A DNA stretch of 64,000 nucleotides from Pseudomonadota bacterium (GCA_043825875.1 JBDRRF010000067.1:1-64000); one strand, 5' to 3'. Positions 9,194-18,843 are shown, numbered from the stretch's first letter. Program-made: numbers and translations. Notes: generated by a model from the letters alone, not told the origin.

Positions 9194-10039
9194 TTAAGAA
9201 CGGTTTAATTTAATTATCAGTTCAACCATTTTTTCAAATTCCTGTGTAAAAGGCAGCTTTTTCTGATCCAAGCTTGCCAAAAGTCCTTCATCAGCACATC
9301 TGACTACTTCCGGCTCTATTGGAAGACTTGCCAGAAATCTAAGATTTTCTCTGGCAGCCATTGCCTCTCCGCCATGCGCCTTGAACAAATTTGTTTTCTC
9401 ACCGCAATGGCTGCATATAAACCCGCTCATATTTTCTACTATTCCAAGTATAGACATATTAATCTCGCGGCAGAAATTAATGGATTTTCTAACGTCAGCC
9501 AAAGAAATTTCCTGAGGAGTTGTTACGATGAGAGCCTTTGCATCCGGAATGGTCTGAGCTACTGTAAGTGGCTCATCCCCTGTGCCTGGCGGTGAGTCAA
9601 TAATCATATAATCAAGCTCTGACCATTCAATGTCCGAGATAAATTGTTTAATAACGCCTATTTTAAGCGGTCCACGCCATATTGTTGCGGTATCTTTATT
9701 TTCTCCCATAAGTGTCTCAATAGACATGACGTGTAAATTGGACATATGTTGGATTGGAAGCATTTTCCCCGAAGTCTCAGATGGCATCACTTTGCCGTTT
9801 AGTCCCAACATTCTCGGTATACTCGGCCCATGAAGATCCACATCCAGAAGACCAACTCTGTTACCTTTTTTTGATAACAGGACAGAAAGATAGGCGGCTA
9901 TACTACTTTTGCCGACACCTCCTTTTCCACTCATTACCAAAATTTTATTTTTAATATTGGCAAGCTGTTCTTTGATATCATTATCCTGTTTTGCGTGTTG
10001 GTCATTATGATTGCCCGCCCCACAGCTTTGGCTCGACAT
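9194..10039 (-). CDS. mrp: Mrp/NBP35 (ApbC) Fe-S cluster carrier ATPase
   Basis: SGKGGVGKS, DVDLHGPS, WRGP, DSPPGTGD, ENMS.F.CSHC. Confidence 0.93.
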   Translation of the reverse strand: MSSQSCGAGNHNDQHAKQDNDIKEQLANIKNKILVMSGKGGVGKSSIAAYLSVLLSKKGNRVGLLDVDLHGPSIPRMLGLNGKVMPSETSGKMLPIQHMSNLHVMSIETLMGENKDTATIWRGPLKIGVIKQFISDIEWSELDYMIIDSPPGTGDEPLTVAQTIPDAKALIVTTPQEISLADVRKSINFCREINMSILGIVENMSGFICSHCGEKTNLFKAHGGEAMAARENLRFLASLPIEPEVVRCADEGLLASLDQKKLPFTQEFEKMVELIIKLNRS

Positions 10040-10086
10040 TGAACTATTTCTCCTTTATCTTACTTTATAACCAATAAATATTTTCA

Positions 10087-10539
10087 TTAATTTGAAGGAT
10101 TATTCCAAAAGACTTCTTTTTGTTTTTTATTGCGTCCCGTTTTTTGTCTTTTTCTATGCCCACGGTGTTCGCAAATACTATTTTCACCATATTTTCCCAT
10201 AACATGCTTACAACCCGGCATCACAAATCCGGAACGTAATATATTCCCCTTAAGGTATGCATTAAGTACATCTTCGGTGTGGCCTGATATATTTTGTATA
10301 ATATCAATGCCGGAAGCTTCCAATAATCTCCAGAAAGGACGCGACACAGCTCCACATATCAGTATATCCACATCCCAACCCTGAATACGGGCACATCGGC
10401 GGGATATTTCCGGTTCATCAAGATATATCTCATACCTTGCCGATTCTTTTCCGTCTTCAACTTCTACAATTAAAAGTTTTGACGCTGTATCCAATACAGG
10501 CGATACTTTATCATACCAAATCGGAATGGCTATTCTCAT
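10087..10539 (-). CDS. NifB/NifX family protein with basic tail
   Basis: MRIAIP...VSPVLDTA, LICGAVS, MPGC. Confidence 0.8.
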   Translation of the reverse strand: MRIAIPIWYDKVSPVLDTASKLLIVEVEDGKESARYEIYLDEPEISRRCARIQGWDVDILICGAVSRPFWRLLEASGIDIIQNISGHTEDVLNAYLKGNILRSGFVMPGCKHVMGKYGENSICEHRGHRKRQKTGRNKKQKEVFWNNPSN

Positions 10540-10652
10540 GTGAAATACCCTTGTCTATTATAGCAATTATCAAAATAATATTCCGATGCCTGTTGTAATT
10601 GCCATATATTATCAACAATTATTGAAAAGACCTTAAATCCTGATATACTCTT

Positions 10653-10997
10653 TCAAGCCGTTGTTGTTTTTTCCGGTTGTAACGAACTGATCCTTGTATT
10701 AATTATATCCAGTTCGGTCTTTATGGCTGCCGCCTGATTCTTAAGAAAATTTACTTCCTGTTCCTTTGAATAAGAAACCGGATAATCTCCTGTTTCAATC
10801 GGTGAGAATCTTCCTCTTTGGAAAAACCCTTTAATCCTGTTACGATACCCACGGCAACGACCCATTCCAAATCCATGTCCCGATCCGGGCTGGTTTCCTT
10901 CACAACCATAAAATCGCCGGCCGGCATTGCATAATCCGCGAGCTCTCCCTGTCATTGATCCCATTCCCATAGGGCCTGCACCATTCAATCCGGGCAT
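10653..10997 (-). CDS. DUF5320-like Gly/Arg-rich protein
   Basis: MPG.NG.GP.G.G.MTGR.RG.C N-terminus plus C-terminal coiled coil; GGAGG RBS. Confidence 0.8.
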   Translation of the reverse strand: MPGLNGAGPMGMGSMTGRARGLCNAGRRFYGCEGNQPGSGHGFGMGRCRGYRNRIKGFFQRGRFSPIETGDYPVSYSKEQEVNFLKNQAAAIKTELDIINTRISSLQPEKTTTA

Positions 10998-11082
10998 AAT
11001 TCATTCCTCCTTTTGATAATACACACAACAGCTAAACTTTTATACAACACTAAAATCAATTAATAGTATTGATAATTGTACA

Positions 11083-11098
11083 AGCATTTTATAAGCCA
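11083..11098 (-). promoter_or_regulatory. Sigma54 (-24/-12) promoter of the orp-type operon
   Basis: Minus strand TGGCTTATAAAATGCT (GG-N10-GC), 86 nt upstream of the first gene and next to a sigma54 activator gene. Confidence 0.75.
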
Positions 11099-11185
11099 TA
11101 ATATACGTGGCGCAGAATATTTTTATATCTATTTAATATTGATGGGTAATGCTATTGGGCAGAATTTAATGCATGAAGAAAGGCG

Positions 11186-11241
11186 CTATTGCAAAATTGC
11201 ATTATTGCAATAGTATTTATGAGTAAGAATTGCATTTATGC
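11186..11241. promoter_or_regulatory. Candidate enhancer (UAS) sites for the OrpR-like activator
   Basis: Three GCA-N4-TGC palindromes (TGCAAAATTGCA, TGCATTATTGCA, TGCATTTATGC) about 90-145 bp upstream of the -24 box. Confidence 0.55.
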
Positions 11242-11243
11242 TA

Positions 11244-12620
11244 TTATATGGAAGGCTCGATTTTTTTTGCACGGCCATCTGTTTTGGGAATTTCAAGATT
11301 AAAACGTTTTATTTTTCTCCACAGAGTTGCCGGATGCATATCAAGCTGAGTTGCTGTTAACTTCCTGTTGTAGTTATTTTTAGCCAGAACATCCAAAATA
11401 AATATTTTTTCAATTTCATTTAAAGACCCGGCTTCTATTGTGTTTTCATTACTTGCGGTTTTCTCTTCTACATCCGGCTTTTGGCAAAGATAGTCAGGCA
11501 GGTATTTGGTGCTAATGAGGTTTTCCTTACAAACTACTATGGCATATTCAATTATATTCTCAAGTTCACGAATATTTCCGTCAAACCTATGAGACATAAG
11601 AATATGAAGTACTTCCGAGGTAACACCTTGCACTTCTTTACCGTTAAGATGGCTGTACTTTTTGATAAAATGATCGATTAAAAGAGGAATATCCCCTTTG
11701 CGTTCCCTTAAAGGCGGAAGTTTTATTTTTACTACATTTACACGGTAGTACAAATCTTCACGGAAAATCCCGGTTTTCACAAGACTTGCCAGATCCTTAT
11801 TTGTAGCTGTTACAATTCTGACATTGGCTTTTTCGGACTTCGTACCACCGAGAGGCTCATAGGTTTTATCCTGTAACACCCGGAGCAATCTTACCTGTAA
11901 TGCGGGTGTTATATCACCGATTTCGTCTAAAAAAAGCGTGCCTCCTTTAGCAAGAGCCAAACGCCCTGGCTTATCTTTTTTAGCATCTGTGAAAGCACCG
12001 GCTTTGTATCCAAAGAGTTCCGATTCCAGAAGACTATCAGGCAAGGAACCGCAATTTATGGTTATCATCGGTCCTTTGCTTCTGCGGCCAAGAGAGTGAA
12101 TAGCTTTGGCAAAAAGTTCTTTTCCTGTTCCACTTTCCCCCTCCAGTAATACTGTTGCATCACTTTCGGATATTTGCTCAAGCATCGCAAAAAGACGCAG
12201 CATTTCCTTGTCTTTGCTAATTATATCATGAAATGAGTGTCTGCCCGAAAGTTCCTTTCTCAAAGCTTCAAGCAGGCTAAGATCGCGGAAGGTCTCGGCA
12301 CCACCTATCATAAGCCCTTTTTTATCTTTCAAAACAGCTGTAGAAATGCTTACGGGAATACGCTCACCCTCTGAATTTACTATAAAAATGGATTTATCGA
12401 TAACCTGTCGACCGGTTTCCATTGTTTGACGTAAAGCGCATGCTTTTTCGCAAATACTTGCCCTGAAGACATCCCAGCAATGACGTCCCAGCGCCTCTGC
12501 TTTTTTTATCCCGGTTATTTTCTCTGCAGCACGATTAAAAGAGGTTATCCGCCATTCCGAATCAACCGTAAAAACTCCGTCTGCAATGCTGTCAAGTATG
12601 ATCTGTGTCTGAACTTCCAT
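11244..12620 (-). CDS. orpR: Sigma54-dependent activator, PAS-AAA+-HTH (OrpR-like)
   Basis: PAS with CWDVFRASICEKAC (CX8CX3C), GESGTGKE, GAFTDA, FREDLYYR, C-terminal Fis-type HTH. Confidence 0.85.
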   Translation of the reverse strand: MEVQTQIILDSIADGVFTVDSEWRITSFNRAAEKITGIKKAEALGRHCWDVFRASICEKACALRQTMETGRQVIDKSIFIVNSEGERIPVSISTAVLKDKKGLMIGGAETFRDLSLLEALRKELSGRHSFHDIISKDKEMLRLFAMLEQISESDATVLLEGESGTGKELFAKAIHSLGRRSKGPMITINCGSLPDSLLESELFGYKAGAFTDAKKDKPGRLALAKGGTLFLDEIGDITPALQVRLLRVLQDKTYEPLGGTKSEKANVRIVTATNKDLASLVKTGIFREDLYYRVNVVKIKLPPLRERKGDIPLLIDHFIKKYSHLNGKEVQGVTSEVLHILMSHRFDGNIRELENIIEYAIVVCKENLISTKYLPDYLCQKPDVEEKTASNENTIEAGSLNEIEKIFILDVLAKNNYNRKLTATQLDMHPATLWRKIKRFNLEIPKTDGRAKKIEPSI

Positions 12621-12698
12621 TATAACAAAATCTTTCGCGTTTACCCTATTCGTAATTCCTGAACTTTGTACGAGTCCAACAAAAATGCTGCTCTGGAA

Positions 12699-13379
12699 TT
12701 AATTTTTTGTCTTTATAAATAATCGTTTAAATTCCCGGACTATTTTCTTTTTTATATTGTCCCGTTCTTTTTTTTGAAGATTTATTTCCATTAAATTGTA
12801 AGTTATATCTTCCAAGCTTTCAGCCTTCTTAAATTTTATGTCCCCGTCCCATTCAAAGCCCTGGAAGAAAAATTGCTTAAGGTCTTTAATAATGTCTGAA
12901 TATCGCAGTTCTAATGTTTTGTTGAAAAAATCAGTTATAGGTTTAGACTGCGCAATCGGGGTGTTTTCTTTCGGCAAGTACCAAATTATATCATTTTTAT
13001 ACATTAACATAGTTTTATGTGTCGGCATGTTATATAAATAGTCATAATAAATTGTCGGAAACTCAATATAGCCTCTGTATGCAATCTTTATTAATTCGCT
13101 TAAAAATAATTCTATGTTTCCTACATGTTCCAGAACGTGTGAACATATGACATAATCAAACTCCTTATTTTCAAAGGGGAAATGGTTTCCGTCATAGTAA
13201 ACGACTTTTTTCTCGGTTTTTAAGGGTGGCATATAACTTCTTTGAATTTCAGCCTCTTTTTCATCATCAAACTTCATTTCAAGCAGTATGTCAGATCTTG
13301 GATGAGGATTTCCTCCTGGGCCTATTTCCAATACATAATCAGAACTATTTATGCTTCGTATTTTTTCCGGGAAAAACAT
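12699..13379 (-). CDS. Class I SAM-dependent methyltransferase
   Basis: VLEIGPG motif I, FDYVICSHVLEH. Confidence 0.8.
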   Translation of the reverse strand: MFFPEKIRSINSSDYVLEIGPGGNPHPRSDILLEMKFDDEKEAEIQRSYMPPLKTEKKVVYYDGNHFPFENKEFDYVICSHVLEHVGNIELFLSELIKIAYRGYIEFPTIYYDYLYNMPTHKTMLMYKNDIIWYLPKENTPIAQSKPITDFFNKTLELRYSDIIKDLKQFFFQGFEWDGDIKFKKAESLEDITYNLMEINLQKKERDNIKKKIVREFKRLFIKTKN

Positions 13380-13479
13380 TGATTTGCTCCTAAAGGCCCT
13401 TTCCTCTGGGCATCAATTTTTTATAAGTATGGTCGTTTTTCATGTTTAAAAAATTAATATCTGCCTCTGTGCATATATA

Positions 13480-14337
13480 TTATATTAAAATATCAGATTG
13501 ATCTAAAAGAAGCTTTTTGGCATTTAATCCGCAAATTTTATCAATATCTTCTTTTTCAAGACCTGATCTCTCAAGCTCTGAAAAATATCTTGAGGGGTTT
13601 AAAAGAGGAAAATCACTCCCAAACAAAATCTTTTCTATGCCGGCAAGTTCTTTTGCTTTAAGGTAAATCTGAGGGTCATAAAGAAAGGGGGATGCGGCTG
13701 TGTCAAAATACACGTTTTTCATTTTCTCTTTTACTTCTTTTTTTAAAAGATTAAAGAAGAATATTCCTCCGCCCCAGTGAGCAAGTACTATTTTATTGTC
13801 CTGAAATTTTTTAATCAGATTATAAATATGCAAAAGAGTGTTAGCGGTTTTGCCCGGATAAATATGCCCTACCGGCTCATTTGTGTGGATTAATACAGGC
13901 ACATCTTTAGCTTTACAAATATCCATAACAGGACTTAATCGATTTAATGTTTCCTCATCAATCCCCGACTCGTAAAAAGCAAGTTCGCCAATACCGGCAA
14001 GACCGTCTTTCAAGCACCGCTCAGCCTCTTTTTGCGCATTAACATTAAAGGGATCAAAACAGGAGAGCCCTATAAGACGATCGGGATATTTACTGACAGA
14101 TTCAATTATATAATCATTGTTTAGCCCAAAGACCTGATCATTTTTCCAGGGAAAGCCAAAAACAACAGTCTTATCCACCCCGTTTTTATCCATTGCTTCA
14201 ATGAGTGTTTCCGAACCTACCAGTTTAGAGTTCGGTGAATCGTACAAAAGTTTAAAGGCAGGTTCTGATTGAAAATATTTTTCTCTGTTTCCGTAAATTT
14301 TTTCCGGAAAAATATGCGCATGAAAATCAATGATCAC
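13480..14337 (-). CDS. Amidohydrolase family 2 protein
   Basis: IDFHAH, IGEL, IHT, LAHWGGG, DTAASP, FGSDFP; GTG start at 14337 with AGGAG. Confidence 0.88.
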   Translation of the reverse strand: MIIDFHAHIFPEKIYGNREKYFQSEPAFKLLYDSPNSKLVGSETLIEAMDKNGVDKTVVFGFPWKNDQVFGLNNDYIIESVSKYPDRLIGLSCFDPFNVNAQKEAERCLKDGLAGIGELAFYESGIDEETLNRLSPVMDICKAKDVPVLIHTNEPVGHIYPGKTANTLLHIYNLIKKFQDNKIVLAHWGGGIFFFNLLKKEVKEKMKNVYFDTAASPFLYDPQIYLKAKELAGIEKILFGSDFPLLNPSRYFSELERSGLEKEDIDKICGLNAKKLLLDQSDILI

Positions 14338-14466
14338 TTTTATGGCTCCTATTATATCCAACAACAAAATAATGGGGATTTAAATTTTTGGCTAAGATAT
14401 AAAACAAGATATTGACTGAAAACAATAATCGGATATATTCAACAATATGTAACAAAGGAGGTCAAT

Positions 14467-15015
14467 ATGTATTTTAATAAGCCAGGTAATATAAATACTG
14501 AAAAAACTCTTGAGCTTGCTTTTGAACGCGGGAAGGCTTTAAAAATTAAAGAGGTGGTTGTTGCTACATCCAAAGGAGATACTGCCAAAAAGGCCATTGA
14601 AATATTTAAAGGTTTCAAAGTTGTCGCAGTAACATACCATAGCGGTTTTAAAGAGCCTTTTAAGCAGGTTATGCCTGATTCAGCAAAAAAATATCTTGAA
14701 GAAAGAGGTGCTGTTGTTATCTCTGCAACCCACGCATTATCGGGTGTTGAAAGATCAGTTGCAAAAAAGTTCAGCGGTCTTTACCCAGCCCTGCTGATAG
14801 CCGAAACCTTGAGGCTATTTGGACAGGGTGTCAAAGTAGCTGTTGAGATTTCAATAATGGCCGCTGATGCCGGAGTTCTTACAGGAAACGATATAATTGC
14901 CATAGGCGGCACAGGCAAAGGAGCTGATTCCGCACTTGTATTAAAACCTGCAAATCAATCTGACTTGTTTAATATGCGGATCAGGGAAATTGTCTGCAAG
15001 CCAAGTACTTTTTAG
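14467..15015 (+). CDS. Pyruvate kinase alpha/beta (PK_C-like, COG1751) domain protein
   Basis: YF.KPG..NT, VVATSKGDTA, HALSGVER, GVKVAVEISIMAADAG, GGTGKGAD. Confidence 0.85.
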   Translation: MYFNKPGNINTEKTLELAFERGKALKIKEVVVATSKGDTAKKAIEIFKGFKVVAVTYHSGFKEPFKQVMPDSAKKYLEERGAVVISATHALSGVERSVAKKFSGLYPALLIAETLRLFGQGVKVAVEISIMAADAGVLTGNDIIAIGGTGKGADSALVLKPANQSDLFNMRIREIVCKPSTF

Positions 15016-15017
15016 CA

Positions 15018-15332
15018 ATGTTTTTTATTGCCGGGATTTCTCCCAAAACTATATTAGTAGATGAAAACAAAAGATTATGCCCTGTATGTGGTTTGGCAAG
15101 AGCGTATTACAGACGCGTTGACCATTATTTCAGCCTTTTTTTTATTCCACTGTTTCGCGTTAAAAAAGGCGAAGAATATTTAATGTGTGAAAAATGCGAG
15201 CAGGATATAAAGGATTTCGGATTCGGAAATGATTCCTTAGAAACCGGAGAAATTGTGGCATGTAATAGCTGTGGTAAAAAAATGCAAAAAAATTTCATAT
15301 TTTGTCCATACTGTGGGAAACCTAAAAAATAA
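15018..15332 (+). CDS. Zinc-ribbon domain protein
   Basis: CPVCG...FSLFFIPL...CEKC and CNSCG...FCPYCG. Confidence 0.85.
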   Translation: MFFIAGISPKTILVDENKRLCPVCGLARAYYRRVDHYFSLFFIPLFRVKKGEEYLMCEKCEQDIKDFGFGNDSLETGEIVACNSCGKKMQKNFIFCPYCGKPKK

Positions 15333-15443
15333 GGGTTTTATAAATACAAATGAGTTAAAGAACTTCACCATTATTTTTACGGGAAAGAATAACTTTGTTT
15401 GTAATTTTAATAATTAAGCCGGAAAATAATTGAGGAGAATAAA

Positions 15444-18182
15444 ATGTCTAAACAATGGGTTTACATGTTTGATAAACTGGACCTTGCCGAGGAATATGTC
15501 GGTGGAGACTGGGAAGATGTTCGAGCACTGCTTGGAGGAAAAGGTGCAAACGTTGCTGAGATGATACGCATAGGAGTTCCCGTTCCACCCGGTTTTACGG
15601 TAACAACCGAAGCATGTAACGCTTATCTTTCAGAAGGCGGGGCTTTTCCTAATGGTATGTGGGAACAGGAATTGGAGGCTCTTAAGGAAATAGAAAGTGT
15701 AGCCGGTAAAATATTCGGAGACCCCAAGAATCCTTTGTTTGTTTCCTGTAGGTCGGGAGCAAAATTTTCAATGCCCGGAATGATGGATACCGTATTAAAC
15801 ATTGGTCTAAATGATGAGACCGCCCAGGGTTTTGCCAAACAAATTGGTGACGAGCGCTTTGTATATGACTCATATCGAAGGTTTGTGCAAATGTTTGGAA
15901 GTGTTGTAATGGGGATACCCGATGAAAAATTTGAAGATATTATTACCCGCGCACGCACTGATTCTAAAGTTAAAACTGATGCGGAACTATCTGCTGATGT
16001 ATGGAAAAAAGTAACTGAAGATTTCAAAGAAATTTTCAGGCGGCATGCAAAAAGAGAATTTCCAATAGATGTTTATGAGCAATTAAGTCTTGCAACAGAA
16101 GCCGTTTTCAAAAGCTGGAACGGAAAAAGAGCTGTTGATTACCGTAATGCAGCAGGCATTCCAAACGATCTTGGGACTGCTGTAACTATTATGGCCATGG
16201 TTTTTGGAAACATGGGTAATGACAGCGCAACCGGTGTTGCAATGACCCGTAATGGTTCGACCGGAGAAAAACAGATTGAAGGAGATTATCTTGTAAATGC
16301 CCAGGGAGAAGATGTTGTAGCAGGCATTCGCCTAACTAAAGACCTCACAGAATTAAAACTGGAGATGCCGGCTGCTTACGATGAATTTGAAAAAGTGGCC
16401 AAACAGCTTGAAAAACACTACCGCGATATGCAGGATGTGGAATTTACCATTGAAAAAAGCAAGCTATGGATGCTCCAGACAAGAGACGGCAAACGAACCG
16501 CCCAGGCTTCGGTGCGGATTGCAGTTGATATGGCTGAAGAGGGTCTTATCACACGCGAAGAAGCGGTTCTAAGAGTCAGCCCCGATCAGGTAGATTTTTT
16601 CCTTCATCCCCAGTTTGACCGTAAAGCGGTTGAAAATGCCAAAGCAGAAGGCAGATTACTTGCAACAGGGCTTAATGTTTCACCAGGCGCAGCCGTGGGC
16701 GTTGTCGCCTTTGATGCCGATCGTGCCGAAACATGGGCAAGGGAAGGAGGCAAAGAGGTTATAATGGTTCGCCCTGAAACACGGCCTGATGATGTTCATG
16801 GAATGCTTGCAGCAAAAGGTATTTTAACAACCCGCGGAGGAAGAACAAGCCACGCAGCATTGGTTGCGCGCCAGTTTGGGAAACCCGCTGTTGTAGGTGT
16901 ATCTTCGCTTAATGTTGATTTGACCAGACGAAGGATGAGCGTTAATAATACCGTTATTCATGAGGGCGACTGGATATCAATAGATGGAACAAGCGGCGAA
17001 GTTTTTATTGATAAATTATCTACAACCATTCCCGACATAAAAGATCCCTGGCTTATAAAGCTTCTTTCATGGGCGGATGAATTCAGACGACTCGGGGTTT
17101 GGGCTAATGCCGATTATCCCCGTGATGCACAAAGAGCCCGTGACTACGGAGCTGAAGGTATAGGGCTTTGCCGTTCAGAGCATATGTTCTTTGAAGCCGA
17201 ACGGCTTCCTTTTATTCAAAAAATGATTATGACTGATTTTTCGATTGAACGGCGTGAAGCTATATATGCAATACTTCCATTTCAGCGGGATGATTTTGCA
17301 GATCTGTTTCGTACTATGGATGATCTTCCTGTGATCCTGAGGTTGCTGGATCCTCCGTTGCATGAGTTTTTGCCAAATAACATTGAACTTATGCGTGATC
17401 TTTCGGATTTAAAAATCAAAATACAGAAAGTCGCAAGCCTTGATGAAATCAATGATCTGCTTCAGCAAATAAGAGTTAAGGAAAATATTCTAAAGCGTGT
17501 TGAGAGTTTGCAGGAATATAATCCCATGCTTGGAATGAGAGGAGTACGCTTAGGGATTCGTATTCCGGATCTTACTAAAATGCAGGTTCGGGCTATTTTT
17601 GAAGCCGCATGTATTGTAAGTAAAGAAGGAGTTAGAGTACACCCAAAGATTATGATACCTCTTACCAGCCATGTCAATGAGCTCAAGGTTCAGCGTGCTA
17701 CGCTTGAAGCTGAAGCTCTTAAAGTCATGGAAGAACAGGATATGCAAATTGATTACCAGTTTGGAACCATGATTGAGCTTCCCCGTGCAGCCTTAACCGC
17801 TGACCATCTTGCTGAATATGCATCATTCTTCTCTTTCGGAACAAACGATTTAACACAGACAACTTACGGTATATCAAGAGATGATGCCGAGTCCGGGTTT
17901 TTAGTTGAATATCTTGGTTCAGGCATTTTGCCGGACAACCCTTTTGCAACCATTGACAGAGACGGTGTAGGCGAGTTAATGAAGATTGCCATAAAAAAGG
18001 GGCGCTCGGTTAAACCAAAAATGGAATGCGGTATTTGCGGTGAACATGGAGGAGATCCAAAATCCATTATGCTATGCCATGAACTCGGGCTTACTTATGT
18101 TTCATGCTCACCCTTCAGAGTTCCGGTAGCAAGGCTTGCAGCTGCACATGCAGCATTGATTGAAAAGAAAAAAAAGAAATAG
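15444..18182 (+). CDS. ppdK: Pyruvate, phosphate dikinase
   Basis: LGGKGAN, SMPGMMDT, GEDVVAG, GGRTSHAA (phospho-His), SFGTNDLTQ, CGEHGG, SCSPFRVP. Confidence 0.97.
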   Translation: MSKQWVYMFDKLDLAEEYVGGDWEDVRALLGGKGANVAEMIRIGVPVPPGFTVTTEACNAYLSEGGAFPNGMWEQELEALKEIESVAGKIFGDPKNPLFVSCRSGAKFSMPGMMDTVLNIGLNDETAQGFAKQIGDERFVYDSYRRFVQMFGSVVMGIPDEKFEDIITRARTDSKVKTDAELSADVWKKVTEDFKEIFRRHAKREFPIDVYEQLSLATEAVFKSWNGKRAVDYRNAAGIPNDLGTAVTIMAMVFGNMGNDSATGVAMTRNGSTGEKQIEGDYLVNAQGEDVVAGIRLTKDLTELKLEMPAAYDEFEKVAKQLEKHYRDMQDVEFTIEKSKLWMLQTRDGKRTAQASVRIAVDMAEEGLITREEAVLRVSPDQVDFFLHPQFDRKAVENAKAEGRLLATGLNVSPGAAVGVVAFDADRAETWAREGGKEVIMVRPETRPDDVHGMLAAKGILTTRGGRTSHAALVARQFGKPAVVGVSSLNVDLTRRRMSVNNTVIHEGDWISIDGTSGEVFIDKLSTTIPDIKDPWLIKLLSWADEFRRLGVWANADYPRDAQRARDYGAEGIGLCRSEHMFFEAERLPFIQKMIMTDFSIERREAIYAILPFQRDDFADLFRTMDDLPVILRLLDPPLHEFLPNNIELMRDLSDLKIKIQKVASLDEINDLLQQIRVKENILKRVESLQEYNPMLGMRGVRLGIRIPDLTKMQVRAIFEAACIVSKEGVRVHPKIMIPLTSHVNELKVQRATLEAEALKVMEEQDMQIDYQFGTMIELPRAALTADHLAEYASFFSFGTNDLTQTTYGISRDDAESGFLVEYLGSGILPDNPFATIDRDGVGELMKIAIKKGRSVKPKMECGICGEHGGDPKSIMLCHELGLTYVSCSPFRVPVARLAAAHAALIEKKKKK

Positions 18183-18191
18183 CTTTAAATT

Positions 18192-18518
18192 TTATTTGCC
18201 ATAAACATGAACTGTGTACTGGCTCCAGATACTAAGGATGCTTAGCGTCTCAATATCGGCAAAATACACTTCATTCAAGCCGCTTTGTTTGGCAATATCT
18301 CCTATGGCATTGCTGTCCCATTTTATATCTACACGATAATGAAGATGTTTGATATCGCCTTTTTTGCTTTCGGCAGGCCCTATGGGCGTCTTGTCAGCAT
18401 TGATATCTAAAGGAGTTTTAATATGAGTATAAACGTATCCTTTTGGACGAGGATGCATACATGCCGTCAAAGCAGGTACTATTAAAAGTATGGCAAAAAA
18501 AATACGGATACCTTTCAT
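18192..18518 (-). CDS. TRL-like family lipoprotein
   Basis: Lipobox LTAC; WDSNAIGDIAK..G....YFAD....SIL.IW....VHVYG pattern. Confidence 0.75.
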   Translation of the reverse strand: MKGIRIFFAILLIVPALTACMHPRPKGYVYTHIKTPLDINADKTPIGPAESKKGDIKHLHYRVDIKWDSNAIGDIAKQSGLNEVYFADIETLSILSIWSQYTVHVYGK

Positions 18519-18549
18519 GAATCACATGCCTTATCTTGAGGGATTTTTG

Positions 18550-18843
18550 CTAATCGCCATAAACGATAGTCGTATTTTTGCAGTAAAGACCTAAAAGAAT
18601 GCTGACAGACTGCCTGTCCATATGATTGATTACGGAAATATTACCGTTTTTCGCCGCTGCTGCCGTACTTGCATCACCCCAGGCCACCATCCACAAAATT
18701 GAATGAATGCTTGCCTCTCCCACTTTATCTCCGAGAACCGTCTTATTCAGATCTGTGTCATACGGTGTCTTGACATTAACATATGCACACCCCGGAAAAG
18801 CAATTATCAAAACAATTATGAGCATCCATAAAAATTTTTTCAT
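18550..18843 (-). CDS. TRL-like family lipoprotein
   Basis: Lipobox FPGC; K.GEA...SILWMVAWGDAS..AAAKNG.I....H.D...TIVYG; ATG at 18843 with GGAGGGG RBS. Confidence 0.8.
   Translation of the reverse strand: MKKFLWMLIIVLIIAFPGCAYVNVKTPYDTDLNKTVLGDKVGEASIHSILWMVAWGDASTAAAAKNGNISVINHMDRQSVSILLGLYCKNTTIVYGD

Noticed and set aside
6257..10539. NifB/NifX-domain genes as evidence of nitrogen fixation
   Set aside because: No nifHDK, nifEN or radical-SAM NifB; the context matches orp-type clusters
10557..10565. Extended -10 (TGCTATAAT, minus strand) internal promoter
   Set aside because: No -35 box, and such matches are common in AT-rich DNA
5441..10997. Selenocysteine read-through at TGA stops of Cys-rich genes
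   Set aside because: The TGA codons checked fall at natural C-termini, not at conserved Cys positions
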